Positions 13,708 to 26,141 are shown, counted from the stretch's first letter. The stretch: DNA of 64,000 nt from Microthyrium microscopicum (GCA_010405405.1 MU004233.1:2086539-2150538), one strand, 5' to 3'. The notes: generated by a model from the sequence alone, not told the origin. Translations and numbers: made by a program.

Positions 13708-14855
13708 TCAATCGCTTGTCCTCGTGTTCAGCAGTGGCAAAACCAAAATATCTTTGGCGCCCGCCTCCCACAGGTCATCCAGTTTGGTCGCGATGCTCGA
13801 TTTCTCGATCATGACTTCAACCGCGACCCATCCATTCTCTGGGTGCAACGTCGTAACAGTAGGCGAACGCTTGCCGGGTGCGATCTTGCTTGCAGCTTCT
13901 AGATCATCGCGGTGAATATTGTACTTGCAAGAGACATAGCGTTGCGAATCTAGAAGACCTCAGCCATGAACTAAACGGTCAGTGCAAAGAAGAGCTTACC
14001 GATCCAGCCCTTTATCCTAGACTTGATGATTTTTATCAGCTTTTCATCTGTCGGATGCTTCGACACAATCAACACTGCCGAGCTCTCTACCACGGTCGAG
14101 ATCGCCTTGAGACCAGCCACGCGCATCGTCTCGCCCGATTCTATTATGATTAGTCCACGACCACCAGGATGAGTCCTAACCAGCAAACTCACCAACAAGA
14201 TCCACGATTCCGTCTGCAACTCCCAATGCGCACGCTGCCTCGACACTACCGCCCACATACTTGATTGTCGTTTGTTCACCTTCACTCTCCAATGCGCGAA
14301 AGTACTTGGTCGCCAGATTGGTGAAGCTGGTCACCACCGTCTTGCCCACTAGCTGCTCTGGCGTCTGAATCGCACCCTTGGCCGGCACTTGTACCTGTAG
14401 CTTGCAGCCGCCAAATCCCAGATCCAGCACCTCCTCTACACCAGTTGTGTCCGTGGGTGGGACGACTGCTTCATGTTCCAGCACCTGATCGCGGCCTGTG
14501 ATTCCTAGGCTGACTTTGCCTTCGCCAACAAATGTTGGAATGTCTGCAGCAGGTAGGAAGACGAGCGCAATGGGTAGATTCTTGACCAGTGCAATGTCTA
14601 GACGGTTATGGCGGTGGAATTTGATATCGGAGCCTTTGAGGACGTCGAGGGTATTTTGGTGGAGGCGACCCTCTTAGACTTTTTAGTGGGATATTTCTAC
14701 CAATTGAAGGACGCCGTACATACTTTTTGGGACAGCAAAGAGCAGGCGCTCATTCAGGCTGCCCAGAACGTCAGTTACATCAGCTAATTGATTGATAGAT
14801 TGAAAGTCCATGATTGCGTTGGTAGGTTGTGTACATACGTTTCTGAGAGATCCAT
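13708..14855 (-). CDS. HIS1: ATP phosphoribosyltransferase
   Basis: Multi-exon: MDLSETLNERLLFAVPKKGRL, RHNRLDIALV, DIPTFVGEG, GSVEAACALGVADGIVDLVESGETMR; ends DILVLPLLNTRTSD*. First introns 14759-14838 and 14673-14723. Confidence 0.95.
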
Positions 14856-15089
14856 GATTCTCCAGTCTGCGGTGATGCAGGTTGTCGCTCGATTGCGAGA
14901 TCTCAGAGCGAGGACGGATGACTGGGCAGTTGTGCAGGCAACGGATCAGCTAGACAGGGCGAGGAGAGAATTATCTGTTACTAGTGTGAGTACATTGAAT
15001 TATGTGGTTACACGTGGGGCATGAAATTCGCTGTGACGGAAAGTTGATTTAAAGCCGACAGCGGAGCGAGGGGTTCCTTGGTGGTGGAG

Positions 15090-15095
15090 TGACTC
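15090..15095. promoter_or_regulatory. Candidate Gcn4/CpcA element (TGACTC) upstream of HIS1
   Basis: TGACTC about 235 bp upstream of the HIS1 ATG. His genes are classical cross-pathway-control targets, but a hexamer can occur by chance. Confidence 0.4.
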
Positions 15096-15844
15096 CAACC
15101 ACATGGCGTTTGCATCAAACGTTGAGCAGATTTTATACGAAACCCTGCTTATATCTTGGGTTTTATACCAGTTGTCAGAAGCAATACAGGCCTGTCCTCC
15201 TAGCTAACGGTTTCGGCCAACAGTGAATCGCCTCTACTGCCGACAGCCTGCTAACTGAAGGCTGATGGTACTAGTAGTGAGAACAGCAAACGTAGAAGTG
15301 GTGAAGTTAGACCGTGAAGAGTGTAAGTTCTGTCAGGCAGCTTCGTATTGACTATTTTCAGATCTGCTTTTAATTCCATGGGATTGAAATATGTTGCGCC
15401 AATCTGAGGTACCACGGCTTGTACAGCTACATCTCCAGACTGTACTGAAATGAGTGTAGTAGAGTGTATGTAGGTATAAGCTACTAATACTTCATACCTT
15501 AGTAGCTCCTACTATAGGCTGGGATCTGATATCTAATTATACCTCGTGGGATTTTTGTCTTGGAAGGATCCTCACAGACATTTTTAGATGGATCAACGCG
15601 GCGTAATTGGCTACTCTTCAAGGCAACAAAGTGTCTTCTGTCAGACATCACTGCAGTCTCGCCGCACCATTAAAGTTCTAATTTTTTAATTATGTGCAGT
15701 TCCTACTTCATGCTTATGACGAACGCATTAACGACTTCTTTTGTCAATAGACATTGTATTTGATAGTTTAATCACATTACGCATAGTTTTCGCGGGTTGC
15801 TTACAAGAACGGTACTGTTTATACTTCTGGCTTCAACTCCCAAG

Positions 15845-17536
15845 ATGAGCAGACTGACCGACTCGCAGTCGTTTTCCACAGAGGCCAACTCTGTCGTATC
15901 TCTTGGGCCTTCAATAGCTGATCGGAGAGCAAGTCTGCTTGAACGATCGCAACCATCCAACTCCAGAGGAAAGAAGAGAAGCGAGGCGGTTACTATAAAC
16001 CGCAACATTACATCGGCACCCAGCACCATTCCTGGGCTTATGTTACCCAATCTCATAACTGACATTCTGGTCCATATCTCTTCGTTTCTAACGACTATCG
16101 ATTATGGGTCTTTACGTCGAACCTGCAAAACCATCGAGCAAAAGCTATTTCCCTTCTTTGCGGTGGAATTCTTCAGTAAATGGCACATCTTCATCTTTCC
16201 ACAAAGCATCCAGAGTCTAATAGACATTTCCAAGCATACTGAGCTTCGCATCTATGTGAAAACATTAGTCATCGGTATGGACGTTATCCACCACCGTGGT
16301 ATCCAACTCAATGCCCATGCCCAGGTTGATGATGCTCTGAGCACTCTTCTGAAAGATGCTGCTTGGGCCTTGGACACTGGTTTCTGGACAGAAGGTCTTC
16401 AAGAAGCTTTCACTGGCTTACCGAGTCTGTCCACAATACGGATCCAAGACTCTGAAAAGCAATTGCGACCTCGTGAAAATACTCCGGTTCAAGGCTATTT
16501 TATCAGAACCTTGGCCCGGCACTTTGGAGAGGATTACATCGAATCGAGCGGGTGTCAAATTCAACATGCAATCGTGCCACATATTTTGCTCCTCGCTGCG
16601 AGAGGAAATATCAGACTCCAGTCCTTTGTGGCAACCACCAGTTCTCCCGCATTCAGCATAGAACTCGTCCGCAGTATCGTCCCTTCGAGCGAAATGCTAC
16701 GACCTCATTTCTCCTGCTTACTTGAAAACGTTCAAACCCTTATGCTTGGCTTTAGTGTTGGGCAATTCGGTAGGATTAGAGAGGCGCAAACGATCCCTAA
16801 TGTTGGTCTATTCTTCAACCTCGTAGCCAAGTTGAGGCACCTTCGATTGGACTTTCAAGATCCAGAGCCAGCCAAATACAACAGCGATAGAAGCATTCGG
16901 ACGCCTGATTATATTATTAAAGCACTCACAGACAGCCTTAAGGCTTCAACGAGCCTGAGGACATTGGAGCTGCAGAATGCCTCTTTGTCCGCTAGCAACC
17001 TCCTTACCCTCCTTCGCATCGCCAGAAGCAGTATAGAACGGCTCACTTTTCATCGCATCCACTTGGATTCCAACGATGGCTGGAAGCGCTTGGTTACTTG
17101 CTTCGCAAAGTTACCCAAGCTAAGCTCCTTTCATGCCAACGATTGCTCTGGAAAACTTCCTATGGCATGGAATATAGCAAAGTGGCCTGATCGGCTACAC
17201 GTCGATTCGCTGGATGATTTTTATGAACGTGCAGAGAAAAATGTCTTTATTGTTCATCCGACCACCAAAGAATATCGGATCAGGCAGGGCGATGTGCCTC
17301 ACGGCGAGCTATCTACCATCATTAGTACGAGCCTGGTCGTCCAGGATGAAGGATTCAACCAGAAATACGGTACAAATTCCAGGTCGGGTTTGATATTCTC
17401 TCCCCATGGGTACAATCGAACAGACATGCGATTTTCTATGCCTTTCGCTATCTCATCAATTCCACTGCCAACTCATGAGTTTAATCAAATTGAACAGCTG
17501 GAGACGGATTTGAGTGAAGGCGAGGGGATCGACTAA
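15845..17536 (+). CDS. F-box-like protein with LRR/RNI-like C-terminal region
   Basis: Intronless ORF. LPNLITDILVHISSFL...SLRRTCKTI is F-box-like, followed by LRHLRL, LRTLEL and IERLTF repeats. Confidence 0.7.
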   Translation: MSRLTDSQSFSTEANSVVSLGPSIADRRASLLERSQPSNSRGKKRSEAVTINRNITSAPSTIPGLMLPNLITDILVHISSFLTTIDYGSLRRTCKTIEQKLFPFFAVEFFSKWHIFIFPQSIQSLIDISKHTELRIYVKTLVIGMDVIHHRGIQLNAHAQVDDALSTLLKDAAWALDTGFWTEGLQEAFTGLPSLSTIRIQDSEKQLRPRENTPVQGYFIRTLARHFGEDYIESSGCQIQHAIVPHILLLAARGNIRLQSFVATTSSPAFSIELVRSIVPSSEMLRPHFSCLLENVQTLMLGFSVGQFGRIREAQTIPNVGLFFNLVAKLRHLRLDFQDPEPAKYNSDRSIRTPDYIIKALTDSLKASTSLRTLELQNASLSASNLLTLLRIARSSIERLTFHRIHLDSNDGWKRLVTCFAKLPKLSSFHANDCSGKLPMAWNIAKWPDRLHVDSLDDFYERAEKNVFIVHPTTKEYRIRQGDVPHGELSTIISTSLVVQDEGFNQKYGTNSRSGLIFSPHGYNRTDMRFSMPFAISSIPLPTHEFNQIEQLETDLSEGEGID

Positions 17537-17630
17537 CAAATGATATTGCAGGATACATAAAAGTCAATTCTAGTCTACTACCTCACATTTTCCTAAGATT
17601 CAGGTTGGCGACTGAGTACTAAATAACCAA

Positions 17631-18071
17631 TCAAGCCTTCAAGCAGCGAAACTTGCATGCCGCACCTGCAACAGTACCGACCTCGGGACATTTGGCTTCA
17701 TCGCGACCTGTATGATCAGAGCAAAGCCATGCCATACCCTTGCGACCCCGATCCGACTGAGCCACAGATTGGCATGCTCCCCAGGTATTTCCTGGGCCAA
17801 CGCAGGTACCATCTACTTCCCAATCTTCAAGGTGACACGCCACTGCTCCTTGACCTTTGGGGGCATTTCCTCTGCATGGGTCTTTCGAGATACCATGCTG
17901 CCCTTTGGCCCCGTGTTGCCAGTTCACAACGCACTGTTTGGCGTTGAAATCACATCTGCCGTCGATGTTGCCAACTCTTCTGTCCAGCGCTGCGAGGATG
18001 TTCACATTGCCAGCGGAAACCAAGGTAGGTGCCAGAAAGCAGGTGAAGCTGAGAATGTTGGATGCTTTCAT
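17631..18071 (-). CDS. Small secreted cysteine-rich protein (effector/antimicrobial candidate), 146 aa
   Basis: Hydrophobic signal peptide, LDRR Kex2-like site and 10 Cys in the mature part. TATAAA on the minus strand near 18270. Confidence 0.8.
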   Translation of the reverse strand: MKASNILSFTCFLAPTLVSAGNVNILAALDRRVGNIDGRCDFNAKQCVVNWQHGAKGQHGISKDPCRGNAPKGQGAVACHLEDWEVDGTCVGPGNTWGACQSVAQSDRGRKGMAWLCSDHTGRDEAKCPEVGTVAGAACKFRCLKA

Positions 18072-19632
18072 CTTGATAGTAATGCTATAAACCGTCAGCC
18101 CCCCGTGTATTGCGTCGACTCTCTTGAGACCATTAATGTAATGACTGACATGGACTTTTGATTTGTTCTCTGGAAGTATAATGATCTATAGATTGAAGGG
18201 TGTACAATGTGAAGATTGTTGAGAAGTTGTTGCTGTTCGAGACTGAAAAGTGACAAGTTGTGTAAACCTTTATAGTACTCGCCTTTGGACCTGACTGAAT
18301 TGTCCTGATCCCATAGGACTTACAGTTGCATTCACAATTGGTCTTTGCGAGAGTGAAGATACAAAGTTTTGATCATTTTGGGATCTTAAGATCCAGCAGT
18401 CTTCTGAATTGTGCGGCGTAGTAGATTTTGCTCAGGGATTTATATCAGCAAGTCACTGCAGGATGAAGAGCTTGAACCTCATCAGGATTTTAATATCTAA
18501 AAGTTATATAACATTGCGGCGTAGTGTGATCTATTGACTATTCAAGGTTATGTGTCAGTAATGCTAGTGAACTTGAAAACTTCGAACCTCGCTAGGCTAG
18601 GAATTTTGATGTTCAGAATTGGTAGACAAAGTCTGCGTCGCCTTAAGTCACGAAGTTGTTCGATTCAAGTGCGTGTAGGTAATTTTGGTATCTTTTCCCT
18701 TCCCATAGAGTCACGGCGTATCGTCCAAAAAATGTATGATGAAGAGCAATTCGATGGGGTGAACCTGAAAACCACCACAGCTAAGCATGCAAAGCCTGAG
18801 CTCGAGGAGAAAGATACACCTCCGGTCTCCACGAACCAAAACCATATATGCAAATGATATGAACTAGCCCTTTCAGTAGGTTGACATCTTAAGAGACATG
18901 ATAGCCATTTGAAAGGCGACATATCCACGATTGAGTGCGAGGTGTGCCTGAGATATTCGAAATGAAGTATTCCCCAAAAAAACATCGCCCACACGAGCAA
19001 AAACTCAACGCGCTACCGCCTCATTGAATGAAGCAAGTGCGCGTCTAGAAAAACCCCTCCACGAGTTTTTTTTCCTACGATGTAGCCGTGAATCGAACAG
19101 TGAACTTCTGAAGGTTAATCGGAGAGGCAGGTTACTAATCCCTTGTGGCAGGGTTTTGGCTAGCCTATTCCGGTTAAGCTCAGGAGTTCTGAAGGTGCAT
19201 CTACGATTGCAATTGCCATCGACCCTTCCTCCGTTTGGAACAGAACTGTTATGACCAAATTTCCCGGCAATAAAATATATACCTAATTGTGATGGCCCAA
19301 TGGAGCTTCATAGCCAAAACACCAACAAAATCCCTCATTTTGGCTTTGGTTGACCATGAAAAAATGGTCCAAGGATTTTGAATTGATGCGCAGTTCCAAA
19401 ATATGCTTTTTGATATGGACTGACGTCTGCAGTGTTAGAGCGTCTTCGGCTCGTCGAGACTGCCGAGCTTCAAGACTTGGAGTAAGAGCCAGAAAGACCG
19501 GAATGAAGCCTCAAAAAGTCATCGCTTTGGAGGAGGAGTCCAGCGACCATTGGATGTCTAATAAGATGATGCTGGGTGCGAGACGAAGTTGTTATAGTTA
19601 AACAATCAGGACACAAGCAAACTTTAGTGAAG

Positions 19633-20129
19633 GGCTGTTGTTAAGTGGCCTCAGCTAAATCTTGAGTGGCCTCAACAAAATCTTGGGTGGCCCCAGGGGT
19701 GCCAAGACCGCTAAATAATTATCTCATATAAGTCCTTTTGACATGATCTAAGATTTGATGATGATTTGTGCCCTCAAAAACGCTTCTTTTTTGGTTTAGT
19801 ATTAACTAGATATCTTTCAAAAATGTAGCTTTCCGAGGAATAGATTTTGAGCTTAAACCCTTATGCATAGAAAACGAATTTGTGATATAGAATCTTGTCA
19901 TCATGATATACATTTTGGTGTTTATAATTTTAGAGGCTTAGCAAGAAATAAGTAAGTCAAGGTAAGCCTAGAGTTAGGCTAAATTAGGCTAGCCCTGCAC
20001 CTCTTTTAGCTAGTATTGCTCACTTAAGCCATTTTAAAGACGAGCCGTACCTAAAGTATACTAGCTTGGGGCCACTCAAGATTTCGTTAAGGCCACTTCA
20101 GATTTACCTGAGGCCACTTAACAACACCC
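19633..20129. mobile_element. Non-autonomous Mutator-like MITE, 497 bp
   Basis: Imperfect ~62-bp terminal inverted repeats (GGCTGTTGTTAAGTGGCCTCAG... / ...CTGAGGCCACTTAACAACACCC). Direct repeat TTAGTGAAG at 19624-19632 and 20130-20138. AT-rich, ORF-less interior. Confidence 0.85.
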
Positions 20130-20438
20130 TTAGTGAAGTATCTCGACCCGCTCTACCTCGGTAACATGAGGCTAATAACTTCCAAGTTAACACTCCATAC
20201 TTGCTTCTTCTAGCAATTGCATATTCACCGACCTACCTACCTTAAACGGGCAAAAACTTACCTAATACTTTAGTCGTACTTACTTCAAGCAACTGAATCT
20301 CAAGTCATTCACTTTTGCTATGATATGAATAAGTTTTCCAAGGATGCTGTTAACATTAAATAGGTATAGTAGTATCTACAACTTTTGGCGAACACTGGCC
20401 TGGCCATGAGCCACCTAAACATAAAGAGGTGACACGAT

Positions 20439-21914
20439 CTAGAACGACAGTTTCCACATATCTGTAGATGGTACCAAATCGACCAACCAGTTAGGCGTCA
20501 CGAACTGCAGAGTATAGTTCGTGTTGAAGCCAGTCACGACACTCTTTTTGCCACACACGGCTTTCTCTTTGCTTGCCGAGCTGTTCGAAACCTTCTCTTT
20601 GATCCAACCTAGCCACTTCATGCGACTTGCTGAAATGACGGGAAAGTGCTGCATGGCTGTATATGTAACCATCTCTGCACTCTGATCTGGGCTGAATTTA
20701 CAACTCGAATCCAAGCTTTCCTCGATCATGTCTATTGGGATGACATCTTTTTCACCAGCGAGGACAAGGAGTGGTCCACTGAACTTGTTCCCACTCACAA
20801 AGACTGTCTCGTTCCATTTCTGCACGTAACTATTGCTTGTCCAGTTCGGTTTGGATAAGGAAGGAATTGATAGGTTATAAAACGCAAACCCATCTGTTGG
20901 AAGGCAACCTTGCAATGGTTTGAGAACGTTGTTCCATCGATCATACGCGAGTGGTGTCATGCCTGAATAGTTGTATGCTGGAAAAGCAGCAGTGACAGCA
21001 GCAATGAACTTTGGTGGGAAAGATAACACCAGCGGCACCCAGATTGGCCACGTAGCTGGTGGATCAGTCTCGAACATCTCCTGCGCTCTATTTATCAACT
21101 CGACGACTCTTGTTGGCGGTGAAATTGCCACCGTTCCACGATATCCAGGCACAGGGGTCTTTGCTTGTCGCTCAGCGAACGCGTATGCTACATTTCCACC
21201 TTGTGAATGGCCCATGGTGACAAATGGGCCGTCTGCGTCGAGTTGGTCAGGGAAAGCTTTTCTCACTGCTTCAATTGCATATGCAACGTCGTTGGCACCG
21301 ACTGGACCTGCAAGCCATAGATGCGATGATTCTCCATTAGGTGCGGTATTTACACCGAGCCCGGCGTAGTCGGTGGCAACCACGACGAATCCTTCTGTTG
21401 CAATGGTGTAGGATGTCATGAAGTGATATTGTAAAGACCTGTAGTTGCTGGGTGCACAACTAGCGAATTGGCCGGATGTCCCATGGGCCCACGCCACGAG
21501 CGGGTATTTCGATGAGCCTTGGTCGTTGTATTGGTATGGTGCATATGGCCAGAGGACGAATGCGGACACTGGCACAACTGTGCCGTTTAGACTTTCGGAG
21601 GTGTAGATGATACGCGACATCGTTAGTGACGAAGGTACGGTGTAGTTGGTCAGGTTCGTATGTGGTTCGATGCGTAGCAACATGCCAGGTTTCATGGAAG
21701 GACTGAAGTTTGCTGGGACGCTGTAGAAATCATCTAGGGGACTGTGTGCCATGGCAGAATGCTCAAAGTTGGATGAAAGCGTGACAAGTTCTGGACATGT
21801 TCCGTTGCAAGTGGTACTGCCACTTATAAGAGAGGACACATTCTGTGCGTAAGAATAAGATAGAAGTGCCAGAAGGACTATGCCCGAAGATGGGGAAAAC
21901 AACGGAAACCTCAT
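20439..21914 (-). CDS. Secreted alpha/beta-hydrolase (secretory lipase-like)
   Basis: Signal peptide MRFPLFSPSSGIVLLALLSYSYA. Motifs VAWAHGTSG, VVATDYAGLG, nucleophile elbow GHSQGG, GEKD and QHFP; many N-glycosylation sequons. Confidence 0.85.
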   Translation of the reverse strand: MRFPLFSPSSGIVLLALLSYSYAQNVSSLISGSTTCNGTCPELVTLSSNFEHSAMAHSPLDDFYSVPANFSPSMKPGMLLRIEPHTNLTNYTVPSSLTMSRIIYTSESLNGTVVPVSAFVLWPYAPYQYNDQGSSKYPLVAWAHGTSGQFASCAPSNYRSLQYHFMTSYTIATEGFVVVATDYAGLGVNTAPNGESSHLWLAGPVGANDVAYAIEAVRKAFPDQLDADGPFVTMGHSQGGNVAYAFAERQAKTPVPGYRGTVAISPPTRVVELINRAQEMFETDPPATWPIWVPLVLSFPPKFIAAVTAAFPAYNYSGMTPLAYDRWNNVLKPLQGCLPTDGFAFYNLSIPSLSKPNWTSNSYVQKWNETVFVSGNKFSGPLLVLAGEKDVIPIDMIEESLDSSCKFSPDQSAEMVTYTAMQHFPVISASRMKWLGWIKEKVSNSSASKEKAVCGKKSVVTGFNTNYTLQFVTPNWLVDLVPSTDMWKLSF

Positions 21915-24097
21915 CTTGATTGTCGAGATATATCTGGTAATTAGTCTCTTGGAAGGTCGAGAAGATGAGAAGCTGAGAACTGTAAGCACACGAGAGCTCT
22001 AAGCATAAGTACTTATAACACGAGAAAAGGACGCTGAAAGGTATTTCTGTAAAGATATTCATTATTTAGCCTCTACTCCGTATTGTATCATCGTATGAAC
22101 TTGGACTGTATTTCATGGCAGAACGGCAAAGTATATCCAAGCCACAACTTCGTATCCGATGAAAGTTTTGTCAAAAAAATAGTTCTAAAAGTGCTGAAAG
22201 AGCCAAGACTGTGCAACTTAAGCGGTGAGTTTTACAAGGTAATATTTCAAATGATTGATGCTCTATCCACCTTCCAGTCTGATATGCCAATACGTTATAC
22301 GACCCTGGTCAGTTTCAATACGACCCCAGTCGAATTGAATACGTCCCCTGCAAGCTGCAAGGCTGACGAATTACGCAGCCGTATAGGTGCAACGTCAAGA
22401 GCTTACATTAGAGCCGCATTCTGCTTGTCTAGCTCAATGACCATAAAATTTGTAAATGCATGGCTGGAGAGAGCGCCGTATAGTCGTTTGATCCAGATCG
22501 TACCAGTATTGTTGCTCGATATTGTCGGCTTCAGACTTTCCAGTGTTGTAAGCTGTAGCAATGTCCCAATATGGCTTTCACGGCCAGAAACTCCTGTAGC
22601 ATTTGATCCAGTGATTCCCATCTAATCCTCAAGTTTAACGATAACTCGCGATATTCATTTCTTCACGTAAGTCGACAAAAACATTACTTTCTAATGGTGG
22701 CATCAAGCAAAGGCGAAACATTGATCGCTTTTGATCACAGCAATCTGCAGCAAACCACATATCAACTAAGACTCCTTCAGCGATGTGCACCTTGATGTGC
22801 TTGTGCAGTTGAGAAAGAGGAACATACGGTAACTAATCGGCCAGGAGAAGAAATCCTCAGACAAGAGTTCAAGAAACAGTCGAGTCTGATGCTGAATGGC
22901 ACGATGTGCTGATATCACTCCTGACAGAATCTAAAAATTTAGCCAGAACCCTATACACGCGTCGGCGTAGCCTCAAGTATTGCCCATTCGATGCATACCC
23001 ACAAATTCATTCTGGTGATTCACACTTTCGGGCTCTTGATCGATATCAGCATGCTCTTATCATACAGCAACTTGAGTCAAGTGTGTTTGACCTTAAGGCT
23101 ATAACCAGCAACCAGAAAGTTGGAAAGTCACCATTTTAGTTTCGGCTGGAAGACAACAAATAATAGGCTCTCAGGACTCGAAGACTGGGTGCCTCTTCAA
23201 CCAAGAAAAGCAAATACAGCCTGCGTGGTCAGTAAGTATGGGATATTCCTTCATAAAATGGTGGCTCACCAACTACCGAGGATTCCAATTGGTGATGGGA
23301 TATGCAGGTCCCGGCTACCAGAACCTTTCAAAGTCAACGGGCATCTCAACGGCGCTCTCAACGGCGCAAAAGAGTGAGTGCACAATCTCGTATTTCGGAT
23401 AGGTCGATGTTGAACTATGCTTACTTAAGCTTATTAATGAGCTTGCTCTTGCAGATTTTTGCCAACTAGTATCAGGCATAAAGGTCAAAGTCGATTAGAA
23501 CTGCAGAAACCGGTTCAGTCACTGGAGCCTGGGACAGAGGGTTCAATGGTGTCTCGCTTCTGGATGGGCATCTATGCTTAGAACCTGCACATTTTGCGAT
23601 AGTGATCCGACGGCGTGGACGATTGGCACGTCTATTGGATAGGTAGCTCCGACCATTGACATGCTTTGAAGGTTGAAAAGCATTGGATTTTGCTCTTGAG
23701 TATATATTACATCACGTGGAATTGTGAATTGGTGAGCCAATTGATGGAGAGGAGATGATGTTTTTCCTATATCAATATCTGGGATGTTGAGTAGAAGCTG
23801 AAGACCACAGTCAAAGAGTTGAACTTGGGGAGAAGTAGTAATTGGAATAGTTTGTACAAGGATATCCCTGCAAGAGTATTTGAGATTGCTGACTTACCGA
23901 CAGTGCTGCGAGGCTGACCAGGGCAGTGCTCAATTAGTAGCCATAACGAACTACAGCTTGCGGTACCTTGGTCCTTGGCTAAGACGGTGTTCAATTCTGG
24001 TTCGAACACCGAAAGACTCAAGTAGAGTGTATAAGAAGGCGTCGACTCAATCCGCCGTTCTCTGATCTCAGACCATACATCACTACGAAATCACAAG

Positions 24098-25836
24098 ATG
24101 TCTGCCCCTGAACAAGAAAGCCAAAGCCCACCGGTAGTTATTAAGATTCGAAAGAGAAGAAGACATCAAAAGTCCCGAAATGGATGCTTCGAATGTAAAC
24201 GCCTTAGAGTCAAAGTAGGTAAGCACTAACATATTCTCCCATTACCGTTATTAATACCTCCCAGTGTGATGAAGCAAAACCAGCCTGTACACGGTGTGTT
24301 TTGGCTCTAGATAAATGTGTCTATCCACCCCTACAACAAGCCCCTGAAAGTAGTAAACAACTAAAAAGTCCCGAAATATCTCTAGCCAGTCCATCATCTA
24401 GTTTACTTGCAGCCTCACCAAATCCTCCATCACTTATAGACTCCCTGCCATACTTTGAGACATCACTTTCACCACGCTCAATTCCAGGATCCACAGAACC
24501 CCATATCTGTTGCTCTGAACCAACAATCGACTGGTCAGATACCAGTTTATATCACCACTACCTACAACATACCAGCCGTACATTAACCCACCATCCCCTC
24601 GACAGACGCGGTCTAGAAATCGGCATACCAACCCTCGCCCTACGCAGCAAAACCGTCTACCACTCCCTCCTCGCCGTCTCCGCCGCCCACCTAGCCTGCA
24701 AACTAATAACCAAAGAACCCCCTCCCAGCGTCAACACAGTCTACCAAGTCTCAACCGCCGGCTACTACCACTACAACCTCGCCAGCCAACGAATGAGCAA
24801 CCTACTAAACGAACCCACACCCGCCAAAGCAGAAGCCCTCATCGCCAGCGCCATGCTCCTCGTGCCCTTCGCAGCAGCCAGCCAGCAAATCAACCACTGG
24901 CTCTCCAGCAACACAGACACAGACACGCAACATGTGCCAAAACTCCTCTACACCAGCCCCCGCGACATCATCGTGTTTATGCGCGGTATTCGCACTACAG
25001 TCCAAGCGTTTGAAACTGCGGCCATAACAACCACGCTTCCACCGCTCTCAGATCTCGACCTCGATGACACGACTGACCATCCACCCGTAGAAACCGCACC
25101 GTCTCCCGCCCTTTCGCATACACACGTCATGTTCCCCATGCTCACAGCAACCAGCCGCGAAGCTTTCTCGCGCCTGCACGCCCGTCTGGAATCCGCCACC
25201 CTCTCCACATTTCCCGACACAGACCTAGCAGCGTGCGTAACAGCCTTTACCATCCTAAGCAACATCCGAAACACCGCATTCTCACCCCTCAGCACCTCGC
25301 CACCAGCGCCAATGCCAATAGACGAACACCCGCGTCTCTGGAGCCATTTAACGCCCTGGCTATCCGGGTATTTACGCCGTGGAGCGAGGGCGCTGGATCG
25401 AAAGCATCCGTTGACGAAACATTTTCTTGCGTTTCTGGTGCTGGTGCCGCAGGGGTATTTGGATCTGGTGGTGCCGTTGTTGGAACAGCGGCTTGTGAGG
25501 CCGGCGGGCGAGTTTACGAGCCCAGAGTTCAGGAGGCCGGAGTTTATGAGGGAGGGTAGTTGGGACGAGGCGTTTCTGGCAGGAAATACCGGGCTGGTGA
25601 CAGACCTCACCGCAACACAAGCGCTCGCCCTAGATATCTATGCCCACTGGTCCGTGCTGATGTTTGTGACGGAGGAAGAGAGTTGGTGGATTGGCGGGTT
25701 GCCTGTGGTGACGTTGAGTGGGATGGTGAATCGGTATGGTGATGATTTTGTGGGGAGGGCTTGTGGGTTGGGGGGAGAGGAGTGGTGGCCTGGGAGTATG
25801 TTGAAGATTGCGAAGGAGATTGGGAGGTTTCGCTGA
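24098..25836 (+). CDS. Zn(II)2Cys6 transcription factor (Upc2/Ecm22-like architecture)
   Basis: HQKSRNGCFECKRLRVK|CDEAKPACTRCVLALDKCVYP with intron 24215-24264. LYHHYLQHT and LLAVSAAHL middle region. Confidence 0.9.
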
Positions 25837-26141
25837 GGAGGGGGGATGGGTGGTTATGAGATATGATTGTGATGTAGAGTAAATATTGAGGATCAAATGG
25901 AATGAATATCACGACAGCAATGGAAGATTTTGAATGAGGATATAGAGACTTTGCAAAAGTAGATTGTAACAACGCCAATGTTTATGCTTTTACATGGTTA
26001 CCGCCCCATCCAGGATCCTACACAGCCGTCATCTATCGTTCTAAGCGTGTCAGTCGACAATAACACACAAGAACCGGACAGAATGTACTACAGTACATCT
26101 TTGTAAATCATAACGCTTTCATCAAACAACATTAACACCAA

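Noticed and set aside
22083..22625. 180-aa plus-strand ORF and a stop-interrupted antisense frame
   Set aside because: No recognisable domain on either strand and the coding strand cannot be decided.
23986..24012. GGTTCGAA T-loop-like motif within a short hairpin (CGGTGTTC...GAACACCG)
   Set aside because: No cloverleaf, D-arm or acceptor stem, so not a tRNA.
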